Of a stretch of 64,000 nucleotides of DNA, positions 38,100-49,115 are shown one piece after another (position 1 is the first letter of the stretch; each line of letters begins with the position of its first letter). This stretch comes from Mobula birostris (Eukaryota): the NCBI RefSeq assembly GCF_030028105.1, contig NC_092370.1, forward strand, positions 136,935,522-136,999,521, given 5' to 3'. Both the position numbers and the translations under genes were made by a program. The notes beneath the pieces were generated by a model. The model worked only from the letters and a program-made list of their open reading frames with translations, was not told the DNA's origin and made no database searches.

Positions 38100-38745
38100 T
38101 CCACTGAGTAAAGTGTCCATCGAATTGACTGAAGCATCAAAGAAGATTGAAACATCGAAGTGAACGCGGAAGGCGAACGAGACTTCAGCGCTGACTGCCT
38201 GCCTTGTCTGTGAGCAGCCTATTGCTATGTGGCTCACTGTGGCAGATGGGTAAGCCTCAGTGCTCATGTGGTGTCCCTCTTTGTCAATCAATGTTGGTGA
38301 TATTCGAGGATATTTCATGGTTCAGTGTTTATGGATTGGACTATTGCCTTTATGGACTGTAGACTTTTGCAGACTTATGGTTTATATTCAGCATTTTTTC
38401 ACCCGTTCCTTTTCTATTTTGACATGTGAGGGGAGGGGTTTCGTTGCTAATGCTCTTGTTGCTTTCTGCTAGTTTTTTTGATTGAAGGAGAGGGTTTGAG
38501 TATTGGTGTTCTTGTTGCTTTTTTGTGGGGGAAGGGGGTTTGGGGTTAATGTCCTTGCTCTGTTTTGTTCGAGGGGATGGGGCTTTGGGATTGATGATTG
38601 GGATGCTGTTCTGTTTTGTGCTTGGGGGTTTGATGTTTCTCTCTGAACAACTTTCACACTCTTTCCTTGTTTCATGGCTATCTGAAGAAGATGAATCTCA
38701 GTTGTATATAGAAAAAATACCTTAATAACAAGTGAACATTTGAAT
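38100..38745 (+). mobile_element. Non-autonomous element with Rex1-type tail
   Basis: G/T-rich body ending gatgaatctcagttgtata...aataacaagtgaacatttga. Confidence 0.55.
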
Positions 38746-38956
38746 TGGGTGTGTAACAATTTGAATCAGAGTTAAAGAGAAAGTGAGTATAGTTGGATTG
38801 TTATGTGATATCAGGGGATTATACTTCATAGCAGTTTGTAGTATCTCATAATTCATTCTAATTTCATGTAATCTTTTATGTTATATTAATAGCATTGATT
38901 TATATTATATTAATTGCAGCACTTAGTTTTAAAAAAACTTTTAAAAGACTTCTGAG

Positions 38957-40266
38957 ACACCCAGCATCCGAGCCATGCCGATTTTTTACTGCTGCCAAGG
39001 AGGTGGTACAGGATTCTTAGGTCTCATGCAGTTCTTAGCCTACAACCATCATCGATAACTTCACTCACCTCAACAGTGAACTAATTCCACAACATATGGA
39101 CTCACTTTCACAGACTCTACAACTCATGTTCTCGGTAATTTATTACTTACTTATTTCTTATTATATTCTGTTGCTTTTTTTTCCTTTATTTTATTTTTTC
39201 TTTATTGTACTCTGAGTCTTGCCACTTGATGACTCTGCGGTGAGTGGGTGTATCAGAGATGGACAGGAGTCAGAGTACAGAGGACAGTGGACAAGTTTGT
39301 AGAGTGGTGCAGGAGGAATCACCTACTCCTGCTTGTTGCTAAAACCAGGTAGATGGTGTTTGATTTTAGGAGGAAGAGGACTGTAATGAGTTCTTTATAT
39401 ATTATGGGTGAAGAAGCTGTGTTGGTGGAGGAGTACAAACACTTGGGTGTTGACCTCAACAACAGACTTGACTGGAAAACCAACACCAGGGCTGTTTATA
39501 AGAAGGGGATGAGTAGACTCTATTTTCTAAGGAAGATGAGATCCTTCAATGTGTGCAGCAGGATGTTAGAGATCTTTTACCAGTCTGTTGTAATGAATGC
39601 AGTCTTCTTTGCTGTTTTATGTTGGGGGAGCAGCATCAGTGCTGGTGATGCAAAAAGACTAAATAAACTCATCAAAAAGGCCAGATTTGTCCCTGACTAC
39701 AACCTGGACTCTTTTGAGTTAGTGGTGGAGAGAAGGTCACTGAGCAAACTGTTACCCATTATAGACAACCTGGCACATCCTCTCCATGATCTATTGAATA
39801 AGCAGTGAAGCACCCTTTCGAACAGACTCACTCAGCTCTGCTGTCACAAGGATTACTACAGAAAATCTTTCCTACCAAATGCAATAAGCATATACAACAG
39901 TTCATCTCTGTGCGACAGGAGAACACACATTGTAGTGCAATAGTCTCTGTTTTTAATATTTTGTATATTATTATCGCACAATTTTTATTTTATTATTTTT
40001 ACACTTATTATTCTGTATTTATTATTAGTTAAGTACACTGCTAAGTGTGATTTTAAATGTTACTGCTGTAATGAAAGAATTTCCCACTCAGGATCAATAC
40101 AGTATTATTATTATTATTACAGTTTATTGTCCTGCGCACATTGGTTATTTGTCTGTTCTTGTTGTGTGCAGTTTTCATTGACTCTGTTGTGTTTCTTTAT
40201 AAGAAAATGAATATCAAAATAGTTTATAGTGACAAAGTACTTGGATAATAAATTTGCTTTGAACTT
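38957..40266 (+). mobile_element. Rex1-type 3' fragment that hosts the 39208-40120 insertion
   Basis: C-terminal remnant and 3' UTR; probable TSD TGAG (38953-38956, 40267-40270), consistent with the empty site at ~42665-42675. Confidence 0.7.
39208..40120 (+). mobile_element. Rex1/Babar LINE of a second family, 5'-truncated
   Basis: DDSAVSGCI, VEEYKHLGV..NNRLDW, SRLYFLRKMRSFNVC, HPLHDLL; (TAT)n tail at 40103-40119. Confidence 0.9.
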
Positions 40267-40334
40267 TGAGTTGTGCTATTCTGTGAGCCTTAACAAAATT
40301 TCCCCAGTCAGATGTGGCAAAATGAACTTAGAAA

Positions 40335-41615
40335 ATCTGAATCAGGCATATCATCACTGATATATGTCACAAATCTTGTTGTCTAGGCCAGCAGTACAGT
40401 GCAAAAAGAGAGCAAAATTAGTAAGGTAGTGTTCATGGGTTCACTGTCTGTTTACAAACCTGATGGTGGAGGGGAAGAAGCTGTTCCTAAATTGTTGAGT
40501 GTGTGTCTTCAGGCTCCTGTCAAACCTCTGTGATGGTAGTAATAAGGAGTGGGCTTATTCTGGGCGATGGGGGTCCTTCATGATGGATGAGTCATCCCCC
40601 TTTTGAAGATTCATTGATGCAGGGAGGCCAGTGGTAGATGCATGGAGAGTGCCCATTGAAGAGCTGGCTGAGTTTACAACCCATTGCAGCTTTTTCTGAT
40701 CCTGGGCAACAACCCCTCTATACCAAATGGTGTTGTAGCCAGTTGGAGTGGTCTCCCTAGTGAGTGAGTGAGACCTCCATTGGTCAGGAGTCAGCCTTGA
40801 ATTTTGCATCCTAACTGTCTAGATACACAGCCCTGAACAGCACAATATGGAGAAGCTTCCCCTCTCTATGCATCTGATGAACCCAAAGAAACAACAGAGA
40901 CCAGTGCAGTTTGGTACCAGCAGTGTCACAAGAGTTGCCAGTCAGCATTGAACTCAAAGTAGGACTGCCTTATGGACTCCAGCTCTGGATTTTTCCATCG
41001 GGTTTACTCCCAGAGTCTTCACCATGAGAGGGTATAGCTGCAAGGCAGCAGAGGTTTGAGATCAGAGTTTTCCTTCTCCTTGATGAGCTGTCAACCACGG
41101 CTGACAAGTCCATCTGCTTGAAGTGACTAGTTTTAAAGCACCAGTAACCTTCTTTTGTACCTTCTCCTGTCAGTACAACCAGTTCTGCTGGTTTTAGTAT
41201 CTAAGCTACATGTGAATACCAGGAGCTGGACTTGGTTGTTAGAGGCTATTTGAGGTGCGCGACATTGACAGCATTTTATAATAGAGGGAACTTGTCCCCA
41301 TTACCACCCCTGGCTATAATAACCTTAAGGAACCAATTATAAGATACCTGTAGAAATTTCCCAGAGTCTTTGATGATATACCAAAACTCCTATTGAAACA
41401 TAGCTACTGGGGTGCCTTCTTCATTATTGCATTAAGGTGTTAAGTTCAGGATACAGTAAATGCTCAGAGATTTTGACACACAGGAACTTGAAACTGCTCA
41501 TCCTTTCCATTGCTGATCCATAATGAGGATTGGTCTGTGTTCTCTAAAATTCCCCTTCTTGAAGTCCTCAGTCAATCCCTTCGTCTTACTGACATTAAGT
41601 GCAAGGTCGTTGTTC
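40335..41615 (-). mobile_element. Rex1/Babar LINE fragment interrupted by an RTE-derived element
   Basis: IWY...QDQKKLQWVVNSA and SIMKDPHRP; RT remnant resumes at 41345-41615. Confidence 0.75.
40757..41335 (-). mobile_element. RTE-clade non-autonomous element (5' UTR plus (TCAC)n tail)
   Basis: Minus strand reads gttgacagctcatcaaggagaaggaaaactctgatctcaaacctc, characteristic of RTE 5' UTRs. Confidence 0.65.
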
Positions 41616-41711
41616 ACAGTTGAAGTTGTAGTTACAGGATTGTAATGTGATATAGGGACATGGTACTCCATAGTAATTCATTTTCTGATTTCATGTAATC
41701 ATTTATGAAAT

Positions 41712-42594
41712 GTGCAGTGGTCACTTTATTAGATACATCTGCTCGTTAATGTTAATATCAAATCAGTCTATTATGTAGCAGCAACTCATCGCACAAAAGC
41801 ATGTAGGCACGGTCAAGAGTTTCAGTTGTTGCTCAGACCAAACATCACAATGGGGAAGAAATGTAATCTATATGATTTTGGCCATGGAATGATTGTTGGT
41901 GCCAGATGGAGTGATTTGAGTATCTCAGAAACTGATGATCTGCTGGGATTTTCACGCATAGATTTTACAGAGAATGGAGCAAAAACAAGAACACAAACAT
42001 CCAGTGACAGGGAGTTAAGGGGGGAGAATGTCCTGTTAGTGAGCGAGGTCAGAGGAGAATAGCCAGACCGGTTCATGCTGACAGGAAGGTGACAGTAACT
42101 CGAATAACCAAATGCTAATACAGCAGCACGCAGGAAGTTCAAGTTCAATGTAAATTTATTATAAAGGTACATATATGTCCCCATATACAACCCTGAGACT
42201 CATTTCTTGTGGGCATTCACAGTACATACAAGAAACGTAATTGAATATATGAAAGACAAGACTGACCCAATCGGACAGACAACAACAAATGCGCAAAAGG
42301 CAACTATCTCCAAATACAACATGAAGAAAAAAAGCCTTAAATACTTAGAAAATGAGTGGTAGAGTCCTTGAAAGTAGGGTAATCAGTTGTATGAACACTT
42401 CATTGATGGGGTGAGTGAAGTTGAGTAAAATAATCCCTTTTGATTCAAAAGCTTGATGGCACAGAGCGCCTCTAAATTCACAACCTGTCAAACCTTGAAG
42501 TGGACAGGTTACAGCAGCAGAAAGCCCATGAACATAACCCAGTGACCACTTTATTACATATAGCTGGTACCTAATAATGTAGCCATTGAGTGTA
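41712..42594 (+). mobile_element. Tc1-derived MITE interrupted at 42135-42460
   Basis: MGKKCNLYDFGHGMIVGARW; terminal hairpin at 42536-42594 ending TA. Confidence 0.88.
42135..42460 (-). mobile_element. Rex1-type 3' UTR fragment nested in the Tc1 MITE
   Basis: aagttcaagttcaatgtaaatttattataaag tail (reverse strand). Confidence 0.7.
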
Positions 42595-42982
42595 CATCAA
42601 TATTGATGATTTATATTATATGAATTGCAGTATTTATTTAGTTTAAGTAAGCTATTAAAAAACTTCTGAGTTGTGCTGTTCTGTGAATCTTAACCAATTT
42701 TATTTCACCCAGGTATGACAAGGATGAGCTCAAGAATATATACTATAGAAGGGATAACTGCCATAGAAAAGAGAAGCTTCAGGATGCCTCCAGGGGACCA
42801 GAAAGCTCTTCAGGTCTATAGGCCAGGTATCCCTCTGAGGAGGTAACTACAAAGAAGAAGGCCCTAATGATATGGACACAAAGAATGAAGAATTTAATAA
42901 TCTCATGTCAAGACTAGAATGACCATCATCAGTGCTATTTCTAAACAATTCCACTTCTGGACACACACTCTATCGGCTGGAA

Positions 42983-43290
42983 CTAATCTGGCCATACTCC
43001 TGTGATCTCTCTCATTAATAAGGTGTTTTTGTCTACAGAATGGATTTTTATTCTGGAATTTTCTCTGCCGGCTCTATTGACTGTTGTGCATAGAGACATC
43101 AAGAGGTCAGCAGTTTGTGAGATACGAAAGCTACTCCGTCTGGCACCAACAATCATTCCACAGTCAAGGTCACTTAGATCATATTTCTTCCCCATTCTGA
43201 CGTTTGATCTGAACAACATGCTTGCATGTTTTTATGCATTGAGTTGCTGCCACGTGATTGGCTGATAATACATTTGCATTAATGGACAAT
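42983..43290 (-). mobile_element. Tc1-derived MITE, partial
   Basis: MGKKYDLSDLDCGMIVGARR. Confidence 0.85.
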
Positions 43291-43529
43291 TTAACAGCTG
43301 TCACAGACTGTCAATTACTTATCGAGGCATATTAAAACTAACATACTTTCCTCTTTTCCAGGAGTTGGTGATCACAATCTGACACAAGTGAGAGTGGAAC
43401 AGCAGGGGGTCAAACCCTTACTTGTCTATTGGTTCAGTGGTGGAGGAAAGGATGCTCACCAATTTCAGAAATACCATCCGAGAACTGATGCAGAGATCAC
43501 TGCAGACAACGCGCAACAACCTTAAAGAA

Positions 43530-43745
43530 CAGTAGATACAAAGAAATACAGTAGAATCAATGAAAAACCACACACAAAGACTGACAAGCTGCCAATGTGC
43601 AATTCAAACTGTGCAAATACAAAAATAACCCAAATATTAATAAATAAATAAATAAATAATATTGAGAACATTAGTCGTCGAGTTCTTGAATGTGAGTGTA
43701 TAGGTTCTGCTCAGTGATGAGGTCAGTGTCGAGGTGAATGAATGC
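43530..43745 (-). mobile_element. Rex1-type 3' UTR fragment
   Basis: Reverse-strand match to 21950-22150. Confidence 0.65.
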
Positions 43746-44239
43746 TCTCCGTCAATCAAACAACACCCTGTCAATCAATCGGACACTCATAGACACTAGA
43801 ACCAAGAAGTGTGGAGGGGAACTCGGGTGTGCAAATTAGTATTGGGCTAGTGATATGAAGTCAGGGCAAGTGATAGGAAAGGGTTGCTTCAGCAAGCTCT
43901 GGTGAGGACCTTGCTGGAACAGTTTGCAGACAAAAGCTGATGACAGACAATATTAAAAAAAAGTATCTCTATCTTACATAGAACTTTGTGTAGAGCAAAT
44001 CGATAACTCTGGGACAGTAATGACCCCTCCCCACTGAACGGTGAATTCTGGGATCATAAGCCTATGTGACTCTGGAGCTCAAGGTCAAATTATGATTGGT
44101 GAGTTCTGGGGTTGATACAGAGGGTTCAAGACCAAAGTTGGTGATTACAGAAGATGAGGCCTAATTATTGAGCCCACTGGGATGGGGAGGGGGGTGGTTT
44201 TAGGGAGTCAGAGGGCTAATGTCTGTGGTTGGGCCAGAT

Positions 44240-44510
44240 ACTGGAGGTTGGAGGCCCAGAGGTCTCCTGTCCTTGGGTTAGAGACCTGTCTGTGTTTGTC
44301 AGTGTGTGGGAGGGAGAAAAGAGACTCGTTTTGCTGTTGTTGTTGTGTTGTTCTGCTGAATATTGTGGGCATACTATCCCCTGCCAGAATGTGTGGCAAC
44401 CCTTGTGGGCTGCCCCTAATGCATCCATATGTTGTGTTGGTTTTTAACACAAATGAAACAGTCATTATTTGTTTCTAAGTACATGTGATAAATAATAAAT
44501 CTGAATTTGA
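44240..44510 (+). mobile_element. SINE/LINE 3' fragment
   Basis: Shares the gggctgcccc...tacatgtgataaataataaa tail with the V-SINE at 25870-28810. Confidence 0.55.
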
Positions 44511-45029
44511 GCCTACTTAAACACAATTAAGCTCCAACAAATCACATGCAGGCTATTTTGTAATTAATCCGTATTTGTCCAAATGACTGCATAATCAGTC
44601 CCTGATCATTCTTTTCTGTACTTTCCGTATCACCAATGTAAAACAGACTGGTCTCTGATCACTGAATTCATCCTGACCCCTTTTCTTTTCTGCCATTTCC
44701 AGTTATTAGACATGGGCCCACAACCTGTGACTGGTTAGTAGATTGTGGCAAAGGCCTCTAATTCCCTCCTTAATTCACCTTAGAAAGCCTGAATGCATCT
44801 CATCTACTGTCGATCGGGAGGTTTATTCACGTGAAGAGCGGATAGTTATTCTAGTATTTCCTCATCATCAATTCTTTGCCTAATTTCTGGCATGTAAACT
44901 CAGACTTCAACAATGCTTTGAGGATGTAACAACACTTCTAGAAGATTATTAGGATTTCTGTTGAAAAACAAATCTCTGTGAAGTAAGAATGAAATCTCTT
45001 CTTAGTATCACCTTCAACCTAAGGGCAAG

Positions 45030-45440
45030 AACTTTGATTTCTCTAACTGCTGGTAATTTCCACCCCCCACCTCCTCCCCTTCCACCTTCTCTCTTATCCA
45101 TTCCCCATTCTGGCTCCCCCTTAACCTTTCTCTTCTCTGCACATGCCTATCACCTCCCTCTGGTGTACCTCCTCTTTCCCTTTCTCCTGTGGTCCAGTAT
45201 CCTCCCCAATCAGATCCCGTCTTCTCCAACCCTTTACCTCTTCCAAATCCCAGCTTCTCACTTCATTCCCCATCCCCCACCCAGCTCATACTCCTTCCCC
45301 TCTCCCCATTTTCTTATTATGGTTTCTTCCTACTTCTTTTCCAGTCCTCATGAAATGTCTCACCTGAAACATTGGCTGTTTATTCCTCTCCATACGTGCT
45401 GCCTGACCTTCTGAGTTCCTCCAGCACTTTGTGTATGTTC
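45030..45440 (+). mobile_element. Penelope 3' region
   Basis: Pyrimidine-rich UTR homologous to 23500-23860; degenerate hammerhead at ~45342-45380. Confidence 0.75.
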
Positions 45441-45621
45441 CTCTCTTCTTGAATGGGACAATTTGTGGTTGCAGCACTGTTACTCCACCAGTGCGTTTAC
45501 TGTTGGCTACCATCTAAAACTGCCTGCTGCCAAGTTGTAATGTGTCTTCACTATAGAATAAGATCAAACATTAAAATAAATGGTCAGTTGATCTAGTCAT
45601 ACTTCATTTACATGCTGGAAA

Positions 45622-46149
45622 TACAGTGGCCACTCTATTAGCTACATCTGTGCACCTGCTCATCAATGCAAATATCTGATAAGCCAATCATGTGACAGCA
45701 ATCCGGCACATAAAAGCACACAGACGTAGTCAAGAGATTCAGTTGTTTTTCAAGCCAGCGTCAGGATGGGGAAGAAATGTGATCTTAGTGACTTTGACCA
45801 TGGAATGATCATTGGTGCCAGACAGGGTGGTTTGAGTATCTCAGAAGCTGCTGATCCACAACAGCCTTTGGAGTTTACAGAGAATGATGTGAAAAAGAAA
45901 AAATAAATCAAATGAGTGGCAGTTCTACGGCCTTGTTAATGAGAGAGGTCTGAGGAGAATGGTTGGATTGTTTCAAGCTGACAGAAAGGCAACAGTAACT
46001 TGAATAAACATTTTGTTGCAAAAGTGGTGTGCAGAAAAGCATCTCTGAATGCACAACATGTTGAACCTTGAAGTGGATGGGTTACAGCAGCAGAAGACCA
46101 CAAGCATACACTCAGTGGCCAGTTTATTAGCCACGGGCTATTAAGTGTA
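45622..46149 (+). mobile_element. Tc1-derived MITE
   Basis: TAcagtggccactctattag start; internal second TIR at ~46107. Confidence 0.88.
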
Positions 46150-47439
46150 TAAAATGATCGTGCTATATCACCAGAATGTATTTTTAAGATAAAAATCTGT
46201 TCTTGATTTTTAAATATTAGAGAGCTCCAATATTTTAAGTGTTGTCTGATTTAGAAGTGACAGGTTTGCTGACTATTCAGAAGTAAGCAAACCTACCTGA
46301 AATTGTTTCTAAAACTGTAATTAAGTGTCCTCAGAGTTTTAATTTCTCATAAAAGATTGTGGCAAAGTTACTGACAGAACAACCGAAGGGCAAATCAGAT
46401 CTTATTTATGTATTTAATGCTAACTGAAAAGAGAGATTGGTGATCTATTCAATTGTACTTTTCAAAAGAAATCTGGTTTTAACTATTAAATGGTAACATC
46501 GCAGGTTTTCTTCAGTTCAGGGAGTGGAATTAATTGAATGACATTTTCAGTGAATGGAGCATCCATTGTTGTAAATAGGTGAATGACAACGTTTCCTCTC
46601 CTGGAAGGTTCTATAATTCACATTTTCCAAGTGTTCTGTCTTGCCAACCACCTATCTTCTTCTATGATCAACTTAGAGGAGATTTGATGGGAACCTCTTT
46701 TCCATCGGAATTCAGCCAAATCAACGATGATGGAGCTGAGAATCTCTGGATTAATGCATAGTTTTTTTTTAAATTGAGAGTGACAAATTGATTTGATATT
46801 GTTACTCCTAACCAGGTTACAGTATGACAAACTTATTTTTGTTTTTCAGACCTTCCTATGTTTTAAGTTATTTTTCAACGCCTGGAATTGTGATGCTGAA
46901 TTGGAAAATACTTGCATGTTCCAAAACTGTGGTGTAGATAGCTTGCTAATGACTGCTTGTAGGAGATGAAAAACCTTTTAAGGATTTTCATCTTCTAATC
47001 AGTTAAGAACTTAAAAGTCAAAAGAGCTAACTGAGATGAAATTAGGTTTGAAATCCAGATTTTCACATCAGCTGTACTCTTTGACATTTATCAGGCGATT
47101 ACCAGAATATATGGATTGGTTAAGGATTTGAAGAGATAAATCTTTGACATTATCTGGAGAAAACGAGAAGCTGAAATGAATGAGCTATTTTAGGGTCATA
47201 AAGTAATACAGCACAGAAACAGGCCTTTCTGTCCATCTTACTGCTGCTAACCAAAACACTCACCTAAGCTTCTCCCACTTGCCAGTGTTTGACCGATATT
47301 TCTCTAATCCTTTCCTCACCATGTACCTGACTAAATGTCTTTTAAATGTTGTTATTGGACCTGCCTGAATCACTTATGTTGGCACCTCATTCCATATACA
47401 CACCACCCGCTGTGTGAAGAAATTGCCTCTCAGGTTTCT

Positions 47440-48338
47440 GTCTGACTGGCTGCATCACGGCCTGGTATGGAAATAACAATGCCTTTGAATGGAAAATCTT
47501 ACAAAAAGTAGTGGATTTAGCCCAGTATATCAAGGGTAAAGCATTGCCAACATTAAGTACATCTACATGAAACAGTGTTGGGAGAAAACAGCATCCATCA
47601 TCAGAGATCATTACCACCCAGGTCATGCTTGGTTCTCACTGCTGCCATCAGATCGAAGGTACAAGTGCCTCAGGACTCACACCACCAGGTTCAAGAACAG
47701 TTGCTACCTCTCAACCAATAAGCTCTTCAATAAAAGGGGATAACTACACTTACTTGCCCCATCATTGAAATGTTCCTACAATTGGGCCGGCTGGTGGTGC
47801 AATGACATCAGCGTTGGACCCAGGAGCGGAGGTTCCCGGGTTTGAAACTAGTCAAGTCCGCTCCCGGGTTGATTGTCGAGATCACAACTCGACCTTGTAA
47901 AATAAAGGCAAAATACCGCGAAAATGTCTGTGTGAGGAGTGGCGCGACACACGGTATCTCTCTCTCGCTCCACGCCTTGTAAAAACCCATGAAAAAGACA
48001 TCATCACGGATGCACGCACGGACACGCAGACGCACACGTACAGACTTGCATGCACGCAGGCACACGCAAAAAAAAAGAAAAGACGTGTTCCTACAACCAA
48101 TGATCTCACTTTAAGGACCCTTTATCTCATTATTTCATGTTCTCATTATTTATTACAATTTATTTACTGTTTATTTGCATTTGCATAGTTTGTTGTCTTC
48201 TGCACTCTGGTTGATATTTCATTGATCCAGTTATAGTTACCATTCTAGAGGTTTGCTGAATATGCCCGCAAGGAAATGAATCTCATTGTTGCATATGGTG
48301 ACATATATGTACTTTCATAATAAAGTTACTTTGAACTT
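47440..48338 (+). mobile_element. Rex1/Babar 3' fragment
   Basis: LTGCITAWYGNNNAFEWKILQKVVD; close paralog of 53720-54360. Confidence 0.85.
47782..48085 (+). mobile_element. Young tRNA-derived SINE with A-rich tail
   Basis: A box TGGTGCAATGA, B box GGTTTGAAAC, (CACG)-like repeats, poly(A); 11-bp TSD TGTTCCTACAA (47771-47781, 48086-48096). Confidence 0.88.
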
Positions 48339-48777
48339 TTAACCTTACCCTTTCACCTTAAGCCTACAGTATGTCTTTAACTTTCAATACCCTTTCCCTG
48401 GGAAAAAATAGACTCTGTACATTCGCCCTGTCTCTGCCCCTCATGATTTTACATAACCTTTGTAAGAGCATCTCTTGGTCTTCTAAGCTTCAAGAAACAA
48501 AGTCTTAGCCTGCCCAACCTTTCTGCTTTGTTCCACAGCTTTAGCAATAAATAATGAGGCATTATTGATCTGAATTATTGACTGCTGCATTCTTCATGGA
48601 TTTGCTTTGATTTCCAGCAACTCCTGTTTACTTGTTCCCTTAGAAATGTTCTTAACTATTACAAGGGCAATAAATAAGAGATGTTTTATGATACAAGGAG
48701 AGTGAGAATGGGAGGAAAGAATATATTAAAAATTCAGATGCAGATTCGGACTTATTTCTCTAATATACATCAAAACA

Positions 48778-49045
48778 TGGCAGCACTACAGTGTAGTGGT
48801 TAGCACAATTCTCTACAATGCTAGCGACCTGGGCTCAACTCCTGCCGCTGCCTGTAAGGAGTCCGTATGTTCTCCCTGTGACCGTGTGTGTTTCCTCCCA
48901 AAGTCTAAAAGCGTATTAGTAGGCAGGGTAATTGGTCATTGTAAATTGCCCTGTGATTAGGCTAGGAATAAATCGACAGATTGCCGGGTGGCATGGCTCA
49001 AAGGGCCAGCAAGGTCTATTCTGTGATGTATGTCAATAAATATAA
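48778..49045 (+). mobile_element. HE1/V-type tRNA SINE
   Basis: gtgtagtggttagcac A box, V core, CR1-type tail. Confidence 0.75.
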
Positions 49046-49115
49046 ATGAAAAATACAGTTAAACATGATGTTTGTGTTAATAACCAGCTCAGCCAAGCAA
49101 GTGTTGCTACAGACT

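Larger units (their letters stand above)
47195..48525 (-). mobile_element. Old CR1 3' fragment split by nested insertions
   Basis: Pieces 47195-47436 and 48340-48525 are collinear with other CR1 3' ends. Confidence 0.75.

Noticed and set aside
37882-38318. 93-aa and 134-aa ORFs on opposite strands
   Set aside because: No family similarity, and they overlap the start of a non-autonomous repeat.
42700-42850. Plus-strand exon candidate (ttttatttcacccAG ... GAG|GTAACT) with one open frame
   Set aside because: The peptide is unrecognised and the acceptor context is poorly kept in the duplicate copy near 40300; chance is sufficient.
47782-47860. tRNA gene
   Set aside because: A/B boxes are present but there is no cloverleaf; it is a SINE head with a TSD. 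The same applies at 10564, 22394 and 48778.
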